DNA of 64,000 bases. Source: Chrysomallon squamiferum (Eukaryota > Animalia > Mollusca). Of this stretch, positions 17,720 through 29,611 are shown piece by piece. A program made the translations under genes and the position numbers. The stretch spans positions 12,958,001-13,022,000 of the forward strand of contig CM022671.1 of the NCBI GenBank assembly GCA_012295275.1. Direction: 5' to 3'. The notes below the pieces were generated by a model. The model saw nothing but the letters and a program-made list of their open reading frames with translations, was not told the origin of the DNA and did not search any database. The first letter of the stretch is position 1. Every line of letters begins with the position of its first letter.

Positions 17720-20596
17720 AAATAAAAATGACTTTGCAAAATCATTACAAAAAAAATGTCAGAAAAGGAATTGGTTTTTTACACTTACTGAATATGTACA
17801 TAATCTCCTTCACTAGCCTCCAAGGTGTTTGGTACAATGTCATATTCCACAGCAGGGTAGACCTGTACAATATTGCTTCTTTTCCCTCTTCAGGTTATGA
17901 ATAGCTGTTCCTTTCATCTTGTCTGTAACAAACTATCCTCTGTAGAAAACTGATATAAACCTAACTGTACCAAACTAAAATCATCACCCTACCTATACTC
18001 AAAGGTGTGTCCAAATTGAACAGTGTTAATGGCAAGTCTGAAAGAGAAATCTGCATCACTGAACAGTTTAACATCTGGATTGTTCTTCAACACATAACCA
18101 CGGCTGCAGCTTGTGACTCAATCATCACTGGAAATGTTTTAACTGTTAATAAAAGATGATCATTAAACATGTTATACACAGGTAATGGTTCCGCTGTATT
18201 GGTCCTTTTTGCAGTTAAGATGATACATAATAAAGTAAATACCAGTAAACAATTCTTAAATTTATTTCTATCATATGCTTTCTATCACTATTATGGAATG
18301 TTACCTGGTTTATGAACTACAACTACATTTTGATGTAAGCTCAACAATATCCACCCCAAGATCTCATAGCTTCATTTCCCTTGTTACTCATTCTTATATA
18401 TAATTTTTTTAATTAATCAAAATAGGGTTTCAAAAGCTGTATCTTATAGCCTCACAATGTCTAAATAATGAACTGATTTTTACCATCCAGGATCCATGTT
18501 TCTTATTTGTATATATTTTTCATGCATTATTGATTATCAGAAGCTATTTTTCATTGGGGCGTACCTTATCCTCAGCACACATTTCTCATGATTAAGATTA
18601 GATATTGTCCAGTTGTACATACTCCGTTTCTCTGCAATTAGGAGATAATCCATGTGAAGAGAATTCTTTCTATTGTCCTTTTATACCATTGTTATTCATT
18701 GGCCACTGGAATTTCTGTAGAAAAACAAAAAATAAAATAACAATAAATTTTAATATTTTGAAATAAAATTGTTATATTTATTATTAGCTTTGTTTAGGGA
18801 AACATTTAATAATAATAAATACAGAAGTAAATAGACTTAAATAATATTAATAACAACAACAATAAACTGATAACAAACAAAATAATCATCATCGTTATCA
18901 ATAATAATATAATAATAGAGATCATAAAAAAATCAAACTTATTGGATCCTGACAGCATAGAAAGACCTTTAAAATGATAGCAGAACCAGACTCCAGATTA
19001 ATTAACAGTTGCATATGAGAGGAATTAGTTCCTAATTGGTTTTACTTTTACCTGTAACTTATAAGGATTGATTTGATAAGTATTCCAAATATCTTATTAT
19101 TGTCTTGATAGGTACAAGCTAAACTTTATTAACTTTTCATTTTTCATTTGACCTTGAATTTGAGCTTCTGACCCACGTAACTTTGAAATGACCTCAAGTT
19201 AACACTATAGTCCAAGATGTTGCCAACAATATATAAAAAGTCCAGAGGTGTATTTTTAGTTTAGTAGTAAAATTACATTTAAAGCAGACACACCTGACCT
19301 CAAAATGTTCATTTATGCTGAGAACCAAAGAAGCATCACAACATTAGTTAAATATTATTTACCTGATCAGCTGTAAACAGTCCTTTATTTTGCTGTTGTA
19401 GTTTGGAGATAGTAGTAGTAGTCTTCATTGATGCTGTAGTATCTGTGTTACAATCATTGTTTGCACAGTGAGCACTGTCATCAGGTACTGTTCTTAACAA
19501 AAAAAACACACACACACACAAAAATTATTTCAATACTTGTATAAAAAAATAAAATTACATTGTATTTCACATGATTTGTACCAAACTACAAGAACATTGG
19601 GTATTAGTATTTAGAAGAAGAAAAAAAATGTTTTCTGTACCTGGAGAAGCAAGTTAAAAATCAAAAATATTTTCTAAGATATTAACATGCAACTGAATGG
19701 AGATGTTGATGATAGATAGATTGATTTAATTAGATCTACTGTTTGCATTAATTAAATCAAGTTAATGATAACTAAATATATAGATTATCCTGCATGATGA
19801 AATATATTTATCACTTCACTAACTACAAGATGAGTGTTACTATCTGACAACCAATATTTCTGTTATGGGAAAAGTAGATAATACCTAGGAATCATACTGG
19901 AATCATATAATATGATATAGCAGAGATTTTGTTGTAATGTAGTGTGAATATTAAAACATTCACAGAAAAAGTGAAAGCTCTGGTCATTATACCAATCAAT
20001 AAAGGTAATCAAGATGTTAATTATAATCGTCATTATTTACCTTTTTGAGACACCATCTCTGACAAAATTTGAACACATGTACTGCAGAATAATCTCACAG
20101 TGGCTATTGGCATCATGACATGAGTGCTGAGTGGTCCTGCAAACAAACAACTTAATGAAAAGAAGTCACCAACAGTGGGCATTGTTTATTATATCTGTTC
20201 AATTCTAAGGCTAATTTTGAAAAAAAGAATCATTAAAATGAAATAGCTTTCTAACTAAATTAACTGCACCATTATCTTACATCTGATTGTGACATGAAGA
20301 AACAGGCATGTATGTATTCATGCCACAAGCATGCATCCCCATATACACACATGCATAGTTATAAACACATTCACATGCATACAAATACATGCAAACACAT
20401 ATACAAACACACACACACAGTCATCCTAAATTATACATACAAATGAAAGATCTACCATTATAAAAAATTTACCATTCTATTCCCAGATGAGATCCTTCAT
20501 AATAATACAGTGACCCCACATTGTAACCACCTCAATTGCTGTTCTGTGAATCAAACAACCTGCAATAAAATATAGAGCATGTTTTAAATTTAACTA

Positions 20597-21328
20597 CCGT
20601 ATATACTTGTGTATAAGTCGAATTTTTGGGAGACTATATTAAGGTAATATTTTGGGGGTCGACTTATACATAGGTAATGCTTTTGTAGCTGTTGCTGAAG
20701 AGTCGCCATTTTGACTATTTTTTGCTACGGGATGCATCTAAAATAATCGCGGTCTTTCAGCTTTTCAAAAATATAATTTTATCGTATAAAAAATTTGGAA
20801 AAATTAAATAACAAAACCAAATATGAATGTAAAACATCATATTCTTCCGTTTAATGACATAAAAATACATTTTAAAGCGAGAAAACCGTCAGTACGGCGT
20901 CTTGCAGTGATCTAGGAATGCAGACTTCTCTGCCAAATTGCACTAAATATCGGTCCTAATTTCATAAACAAAACTCACTTGTTTAATTGTAAAGAATTTG
21001 GTGAAATAATATTGCAATCGTCATTAATATCCACTACCGACAAATTTTGTAAATCATAGAACGGCTAAATATAACGGTAAGTTAGGTCTCCATGTTAGAC
21101 CTATTACATTAAAGAGATACTATTTATGATACATTTAGGCTATAGTTATGTTACAGTAGGCGTACAATGTAGACCTTCATGGCACTGTCACACTGGTCTA
21201 AAAATAGTGACGGTGCCTGGAATCTACAGTCGACTTTTACTCAAGTAATACCTAAAATGACGCAATTTTTGGTCTTAAAATACACATCGACTTATACATA
21301 AGGTCGCCTTGTACACAAGTATATACGG
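20597..21328 (-). mobile_element. pogo-family non-autonomous DNA transposon (MITE), copy 1
   Basis: TIRs CCGTATATACTTGTGTA, TA flanks on both sides and subterminal TAAGTCGA repeats. It is a close reverse-complement match to 42671-43540. Confidence 0.9.
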
Positions 21329-22166
21329 TAAATAGCTCAGTTACAGTGTTTGTTAAAATATCTTATTATCATTCTTAAAAATGTTTATATGTAAATTAAA
21401 TTCATCGTAGTTATAAAAGTTTGTTTTACATTTAAATACTTGTTAAAATAATTTATAAACAACAGTTCTTCTTACTGTTATTTTTTAATATTTATACTTA
21501 TAAATATTATTATATAATGGTATTTTTTTTTATGTAAACTGGATAACACTATGCAATACATTTGTAAAAAATGTTTTCATAAACAATTTAAATACTGCAA
21601 AGTTGGATAATTCAAACACTGATTTAATCAGAACCTCAGTCTATTGAGCTGAAAGCCTATGGATGAGTTCTGTTATGTTTTAACATTAAAAACATAAAGT
21701 TCATTTCAATTTCCAAACAATTTATTTCGTTTCAAAAATTGCTACAAACAAAACTGACGCACGCTCCCGGTGACTTCATATAAATAATGTCCCCTCTTCC
21801 GGTTCCCTTAAACATCGTAAACTGTAACAATGTTAACTATAACACCATTTAAATACAACACTTCCTCCCCTCCAAATTTTCAATGGACCCACAAATTATG
21901 TTATATGTAAATTTCTAAAATAAATTTGTATGATTTACTAATTAGTAATAATTAAACAATGGAACTGTGAACTTAAAAAATAAACTTTTTTTTTCATTGG
22001 ACACCATAATAGTTCAATTACAGTTTATCAAGTACATTCATTGGTCACGTATTGAACTTCAAATCACAAATATTATTCTTAAAACAAAAATATATAATAA
22101 AAAAATAACACTAATTCTACAATCTTTCAATGAATTCTGTATTACCCATATTCAGATTAAATCACT

Positions 22167-25100
22167 TTAAATAGTTTCTATCAGTCTTTGAGGTGTTTTT
22201 CGAGCACGTCTAGGATATCTTGGGGTAGACGGTATTGGTAGTTGCGGTACATCGTCAACAGTATCGTCGATGGCATTAGAAGCATCCTCTACGGCATTAG
22301 AAGTAACCGTTCTATTTTTGATCTCAGTCTCTTCCACCTGAACAGTTGGTTCAACAAATTCCATTTCAGACTCCGTACCAATTGCAGACAGTTCTGGGAA
22401 CGGGTTCCTATTATCCTCCAAATGCACACATTTACGAAGTTGATCCACATGTCTTTTACACACAAAATCTCCAATTTTCACTCTGTAGGTAACAGGCCCT
22501 AGCTGACACAGTACTTTTCCACTCAACCACTTGTCAGATCCCCTGTAGTTCTTTACTTGTACTGAATCTCCAACATTGAACACCTGTGTTTTACTTGCTT
22601 TTGGAATAGTTCTTTTTTTAACAGAGTTCTCCAAACTTGGACGCAAAATATCCAATCTCGCTCGAACACGGCCAAGAAACAATTCTGATGGAGTACATTT
22701 TGTAGTACAGTGCGGAGTGTTCCGATACGCAAACAAGAATGATGAAATCTTCTGGTTCATGGTTCGTGACTCATGTTCAACTGTTTTCATTGCAGTTTTG
22801 AAAGTACGAACAGCTCTTTCTGCCTCACCATTTGAACTTGGATGGTATGGAGCTGATTTGATGTGTTTCACTCCATTTTTCTTAAGAAATGTTTCAAATT
22901 CCTCTGCAACAAACTGAGGTCCATTATCAGAAATCAACTGCTCTGGCATTCCGTAACTTGCAAAGAGATTTCTCAATGTCTCTACTGCATGTGTTGCTCT
23001 GGTACTGGACATTCGAAAAACTTCCATCCATTTAGTATGTACATCCACCACAATCATGAACATTTCTTTCATAAATGGTCCAGCAAAATCAACATGTATT
23101 CGTTGCCATGGTTTGGTGGGCCAAATCCATGCATTAGCTGTACTTTTTGGCATGACTGTTTGTTGTAGTTGGCAACACTTACACTTGCTAACTTTCTTTT
23201 CTATGTCAATATCCATATGAGGCCACCACACATGCAATCTAGCCAAAGATTTCATTCGCACAATTCCAGGATGATTTTCATGAAGATAATACAGAATATC
23301 TGTTCGATATTTATCAATATTTCTTGCAGTGATAGGTAATCCATTGACTTGATTTCTCATTGCTTGCTTGTCTTCATGCCAAAACACACTTTCAGATATT
23401 TCTTCAGTTTGCAGAAGTGGTAGTCGGGACAGTGCATCAGCATTTCCATTTTTGGTAGTTTTTCTGTATTTAATGTCAAACTGATATGCAGCTAACTGAA
23501 TAGCCCAACGCTGTAGTCGAGAGGCTGTCAGAACTGGAATATTCTTTTTAGGTCCAAGAATCATTGTCAGTGGTTTATGATCTGTGAACAAAGTAAATCT
23601 TCTACCATACAGGTACTGATGGAACTTGTGTATTCCAAAAATTATTGCCAGTGCTTCTTTCTCAATTTGGGAATACTTGCGTTCTGCTGATGTCAGAGTT
23701 CTAGAAGCATATACTATTGGCCTATCTGATCCTTCATTTCCATGTGATATTACCGCTCCAAGACCATGTGCAGATGCATCTACTGCCAACATTACTGGTT
23801 TCATTGTGTCATAGTGGACAAGAATTTTAGATGATGCTAACAGTTTTCCCACTTTGGAAAATGCTTGCTGACAATCATCACTCCATTTCCACTCTGTATC
23901 TTTGGTTAACAACGCTGTTAGTGGTGCCACCACTGCTGACATGTTGGGTACAAACTTGCGATAGTAATTCACAATACCTAACCAAGATTGCAACTCACTC
24001 TTGTTCTTAGGTTCAGGCACTTTCAGAATAGCTTCAACTTTTCTTTCAGAAGGTTGAATCCCATTTTTGTTCACAATAAATGCAAAGTACTCAACTTCAT
24101 CTTTCATCAATGCACATTTTGACCTTTTCAGTTGAATTCCATATTTTTGTAGGCGTTTCAAAGTATTTTTCAAATGTTTCAAGTGTTTGGTGTCATCCTT
24201 TCCAGTGACTATGATGTCATCCAAAATGTAACCTACACCTTTTAGCCCTTGAAGCACTTTGTCCATAGTTTGTTGAAAAATAGCAGGTGCTGCAGCAACT
24301 CCAAATGGCAACCTTGTATAGCGATAAAGTCCAAGGTGAGTATTGATTGTGACATAGTTCCTCGACTTTTCATCAAGCAACACTTGCTGGTATGCATGTG
24401 ACAAATCCAGTTTTGAGAGCTTTTGTCCTCCATTGAGTTTGCTGAAAATGTCTTCTGCAGTGGGCAAAGGGTACTCAGGCACTTCCAACACAGGATTTAT
24501 GGTAACCTTGTAATCGCCACAAATGCGAATGGTATTGTCAGGTTTTAAAACAGGTACAATAGGAGAAGCCCATTCAGAAAAATCTATCTTTTCTAGCATT
24601 CCTTCTGCTTCAAGTCTGTGAAGTTCATCAGCTATCTTTTCCTTCAAAGCATAAGGTACTGGTCTAGCCTTGAAAAACTTTGGAGTAGCATCCTCTTTCA
24701 CTTTCAGATGAGCTCTTATGCCTTTTACTGTTCCCAATTCATTTGAAAAAAATGAATATCTACTGAACCAATCTTCAGAGTTTCCACAGGCTTTCATAAT
24801 CTTAATACTGTTCCAGTCCAACTGAATGTTTTGGAACCAATTCCGTCCAAACAAAGTTGGTCCATTTCCTTTCACCACAATTAAAGGTAAAAGTTTTTTC
24901 TGCTTTCCATATTTAACAGTCACCTCAATTTGCCCAAGGACTGGCACCACTTCATTAGTATAAATTTTCAACAGAATCGATGTTGATTTCAATGGCACCG
25001 TTTTCTTCAATTTTTCCTGATAAGCCGTATTAGAAATTATCGATACAGAAGCACCTGTATCTACTTCCATTTTGAATGGCACACCATTGAGTTCCAATGA

Positions 25101-26127
25101 AATTTGAATTTCTTTCGCTTTCGTAGATTTCACTGTGAAAATTGACTGTTCAGAATTACTGTCATTCCTTTCCATTGCAACCTCTTTATTTTCAAGAACA
25201 GCTTTTATAATTTCTGATTCAGTTTCATTACTTCCAGATTCTTCCTGAACCTCATGAATTTTTAAACCTGTTTCAGATTCAGCATTTTCAATTTCAGAAT
25301 CACTGGTACCACTTTCTGATTCCGTAAGGTCCCTATCAGAATCTTGATTCACAACATTCAGTTTAGAATTTTTCTTTTTCAACTTTGGAAAGTTCTTTTT
25401 TCCTTTTTCCATCTGTTTGCTTTCCTGTCTTTCTATTTTTTTCTTTTGATTTCGACATTTTCTACTCAAATGTCCTGTTTCATTACACTTATAACAGTTT
25501 GCCTTTTTGTAAAAACATGCATCAGGATGATGATTAGTTTTACCGCACCGGAAGCATTCAATGACAGAAACTTTGTGGAACTTTTCAGTTTCTGACTTCA
25601 TTCCAATTTTCAGCATGTCAGTTTCTCTAGCTGCCATTTCCATACTAACAACTATTTGCAATGCTTTCCTCAGTGATAAGTCGTGTTCAGAGAGAAGTTT
25701 TTTCTGTATAGACTTTTCAGACAGACCACAGACCAAAATGTCTCTTAATGCTTCAGTCAAAAATGCACCAAATTCACAATGTTCTGTCAGTTTTCTTAAT
25801 TCAGCCAAAAATTCACTTACAGTCTCTCCGGGCTCTTGTTTCCGTTGATAAAATTTGAACCGTTCCGCAATCACCAAAGGTTTTGGTTTGAGATGATTTC
25901 CTATCAGTTTTCAATTGTTCGTAAGTCTTACTTGCCGGTTTCTCAGGCGAAGTCAGATTTCGAATCAACCTGTAAGTCTTGGCACCACATACGGACAACA
26001 AAATGGAACGTTTCTTTTCGGCATCGTCTACATTATTCGCCAGCAGATACTGTTCCAAACGTTCGATGTATTCATCCCAATCGGAACTTTCTAGATCAAA
26101 CTCTTCAACTTTACCGTAGGTAGCCAT
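22167..26127 (-). pseudogene. Gypsy gag-pol polyprotein (gag, two CCHC knuckles, protease, RT, RNase H, integrase), frameshifted
   Basis: ATG at 26127 (MATYGKVEEFD). A frameshift near 25905 separates it from the 1236-aa ORF, which carries CFRCGK..H/CYKC...GH, VDTGAS, ILDD, DAS..GLGA, HPGI..MK.LAR, WQRIHVDFAGP, SDNGPQF and SNGEAERAV. Confidence 0.92.
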
Positions 26128-26170
26128 ATTTCATAAATAGTTAATTTCAGGAAACAGTTCAACAAGTGTT

Positions 26171-26188
26171 ATCCCATCCTCGTCGCCA
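26171..26188 (-). other. Primer-binding site complementary to the 3' end of tRNA-Ser(GCU)
   Basis: The minus strand reads TGGCGACGAGGATGGGAT, 2 nt after the 5' LTR. This complements ATCCCATCCTCGTCGCCA, the metazoan tRNA-Ser(GCU) 3' end as recalled. Confidence 0.85.
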
Positions 26189-27467
26189 ATTGTTATGTTT
26201 TAACATTAAAAACATAAAGTTCATTTCAATTTCCAAACAATTTATTTCGTTTCAAAAATTGCTACACACAAAACTGACGTACGCTCCCGGTGACTTCATA
26301 TAAATAATGTTCCCTCTTCCGGTTCCCTTAAACATCGTAAACTGTAACAATGTTAACTATAACACCATTTAAATACAACAAGTTCCTATATAAGTTAGAA
26401 GTAATGACCCTCAACAGCAATAAGTTGAAAACCTATTTTTCTTGAAGTTGTTTATGGTCCCAGACAATTTTAAACTCAGTGTGCTGCAATGGTCAAGCTA
26501 TAGTTTTCCTTGGTAAATACAGAACAATGGGTCATGGTTAAGTAGAACGAAATATGCCTACCATGTTGTCTGTGTTTCTACACAGTTGAGGGCCTTTTCA
26601 TGTAATACATAATTGCAGAAAGACTTCATCAGTTGATGTGTTTTGTTAATACATGAGTGTATCATGTCAAACATACTGTATATACTATTTGATATTTAAA
26701 TGACTGATAATGTTTACACATTGTGCTACATCAGAAACTAATTTATCAAAGAAGAAGGAATCTGGTGAAATATCTGGTAATGGGGTTTCAAGGGCTGAAT
26801 TATCAAATCATTTAATAATACAAGTTCTGCTTTCATATTATTCAGGCAATCTGGTAAAGGACCTTGCAATGGGATGTAAAACCAAATTGGAGACAGAAAG
26901 AAGAGGCGTGAAAAGAAATGAGACAAAATACAACCTGTTAATGGAGGTTTAAAAACTAAAAACAAACTGCTAAGGTAAATAATTTCCTGACAAATATTAG
27001 AGTAAAAACTAAATATTTATTCAAGAAGCTTATTTAAAATTGGTTAAAAGGAACATGAGAAAAGGAACATTTAAGAACATAGTGGATTCAATTTTAAAAT
27101 GGTTAAAAAATGCCAGGGATAAAAATGTCCCTATAGTAGTTACCAAAGCTGATGAATTAACCAGAATGTTTGACGATATATATTTTTAACGTTCTTTTAA
27201 TTTTGTGGTGAAGAGCCACTGTCACACAATCCACTGATATACATAATTGGCATGAACAATTATAACTGATTCTATATAAATATGATGCAATAAAACAAGA
27301 ATATTTTATTGATTCCTTCTTTTCCATTAACAATTTCAGTATGGATTAATTATGTTCTGCCAAGTTTAGAAATCCAAAAATGCTTGAATTTGGTATTTAT
27401 TTCTGGTTATATGTATTTCCATTTATGTTTTCAGTAATGTAAGAACGTGTATGTCATTTGTTTTGCC

Positions 27468-27498
<31 letters not shown>

Positions 27499-29611
27499 CA
27501 ATAAATATGTGTGTGTGTGTGTGTGTGCATGTGTGCACATATTTATTCAAATTTATTTCAGTCAGTTTGTCTTTTATTGAATTTATATTATTTACTTATT
27601 TACTATAAAAGCAAGAAAGTTTTTCTTGGAACACGAAACATACATTACTCATTCACTGGAACAACAGTAACTATTTGAGATTTTAATACCTGAAAACCAT
27701 CAAACTTGGAGTAGTTTTCTGATCCTTTCCATTTCAAATTATTGAAGTTTGACTCTATCTGGTATTACTATTTTATCTAACTGTATTCAGAATAAAATTA
27801 ATTTATAATAAAATACATTAACTATCCAGGTCTAGTATACTGAAAAAATATTTCTTATTAGAATTAATATCTCAATCTGAGTAATCAATGTAGGGTACAT
27901 AATAAGAATTAATGATGAAAATATAAACAAACTAACATAAATATATCAATGTATAAAAAAGTGCTAAATAATATATTTTAAAGACATGTTCTATACATTT
28001 AATTTTGATAAACATAATGATGAAATTAAATATTAATTTTATTCTTTTAAATATAGATTTTACTGAAAACTTTAATTAATCTGAATGTTTAATATAATTT
28101 TTTTTTTAAAACTGGACTTTCATATGAGCAATAAACTCAATAAAGAATATTTTATGGCAAACTAAAATATTCTATAGGCTGTTCACCAATTCATGTTGTA
28201 TGACATCTGGTGAAAGGGATAGCTGATAAAATTTAATAAAAGAAAAGTAGATTCCATTCATGCAATTGTTGTAGACTTACTTACCTGTTGTCATTGTTTC
28301 GATCTTGCCCCCTCTCATTCAGTCTGTTGTTACTACCCCTGAATACAAAATAACTTTGCTAAAATATGGATAAATATTCAACTTGCACTTAACTAATTTT
28401 TGTTAATTTCTGTTATAACAACATATGTATTTTTATTTCATTTCATTTTATTTTATTTTATTTATTTATTATGATTTTTATTTTATTCACTTTATTTTTT
28501 TTTTTTTTAAATTCTGGTTATTAAATCTTTATCTGACATTTGGTTTATCTGATACTTAGAAAACATAAAGTACACAGAAAATGTTTAATGAGAACTAATC
28601 TTGTATTTATTGACAGGCTGTAACTTAGAGCACAGGATAGGTATGGTGGTATTAATTTTAGTGCCTCTAGGAAAGTATATTTAAAATATATTTGCTGCTT
28701 ACATTATGTCGTAGCAGTGTGTTTTCATTATCTGTAATCCTGAACCATAACCCATATATATATATATATATATATATATAGCTTCACTTAGACACAGATT
28801 AAAAATGTGTCATTAAATAAAAATGTCCCTTAAATTAGTATTAAATTTTTATTATTAAGTTTAAGTTTTTCTTTCATTTGCTGTTTGAATCAGGAGAGCA
28901 AAGATAGCATCTAACCAATAGTCTGTTCTTACATTACATGGGCTTAAAAAGTTAAATTAAGAAAATTTTAATGTATACTGAGTTCAGTAGAGTGTGGGAA
29001 GTTTATTTACCATTCCATCTATAAAACATTTACAAAATATAAATACAGAATATTTAAGTGACAGTGATAAGTTTATACTTCAAGACAAATGAAGACAATT
29101 ATGGTATAAATGCAAAGAACAGGTGTAAACATATAAAGCATTCAGCATTAACCAAAATACTCAAATTTCATATACTTCGACATAAAATGACATTAAATGA
29201 TTAATGTAAATTTAAAACTATAATGCATAATATAAGTATTAAAACACGTCCAGCACAGATACATCAGTCCTTTGAGATTTAAATTTAAACATACTATCTA
29301 AACGTGTACTTAAGTCTGGACAAGGTAAAACTGCTGGAACTAATTAAGATCATTTAGTTAGAAACTATTTAAAGCTTTTTTTAATTAGGCCAAATAATTA
29401 ATAAATTGTAAAGGCTCTACATTCGGTTATTTGCCAAATCTTAAAATGGGAGACATATGGAAGCAGAACACGTAATAAAATGCTAAACTAATGTAATTGT
29501 ACGTTATTATGGATATATATTATATAATAAAATATACCCAAGCACATACACAAACACTAAACAGATGCTAACAGACCCATACACAAACTTACAGTCAGTC
29601 ATAGACACTAC

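Larger units (their letters stand above)
21671..26380 (-). mobile_element. Ty3/Gypsy LTR retrotransposon (Mag-like), both LTRs present but defective
   Basis: 190-bp TG...CA LTRs at 21671-21860 and 26191-26380 (3 differences), a 5-bp TSD AGTTC (21666-21670 / 26381-26385), a PBS next to the 5' LTR and a polypurine tract GGAGGGGAGGAAG next to the 3' LTR. Confidence 0.97.
21596..27755 (+). mobile_element. Old Tigger/pogo element remnant, split by the Gypsy insertion
   Basis: Degenerate TIRs (TACTGCAAAGTTGGATAATTCAAA at ~21594; TTCAAATTATTGAAGTTTGACTCTA at ~27733-27757). Transposase N-terminal fragments ETKYNLLMEV (~26920-26950) and the CENP-B HTH-like NMRKGTFKNIVDSILKWLKNARDKNVPI..TKADEL (~27050-27160). 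Confidence 0.65.
15465..28338 (-). pseudogene. DD3-3-family pseudogene, copy A (predicted type I membrane protein)
   Basis: Exon relics: 28338-28285 (RGSNNRLNERGQDRNNDNR); 20559-20473 (LFDSQNSN*GGYNVGSLYYYEGS); 20136-20041 (QHSC..HCEIILQYMC..VRDG); 19492-19363 (NKGLFTADQ); 18714-18565 (YNWTI.NLNHEKCVLRIR); 18142-17993 (LAINTVQFGHTF); 17939-17789 (NIVQVYPAVEYD); 17359-~17127 (WTGSN.NP.NNDG); 16669-16453 (ELDDAG..GTYYYMSTRN); 16239-16131; 15815-15465 (TM-like LIVGITITCIIIAAVVIGAILYF). Multiple stops, frameshifts, broken donors and missing internal exons. Confidence 0.88.

Noticed and set aside
22242-26123. Several + strand ORFs overlapping the retrotransposon
   Set aside because: They are antisense shadows of the long pol ORF with no recognisable motifs.
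25813-26127. Programmed gag-pol ribosomal frameshift
   Set aside because: The break lies inside the gag N-terminal region rather than at the gag/pol boundary, and no slippery heptamer is evident; a small deletion is simpler.
26171-26188. tRNA gene
   Set aside because: Only 18 nt match a tRNA 3' end including CCA; this is the retroelement PBS, with no cloverleaf.
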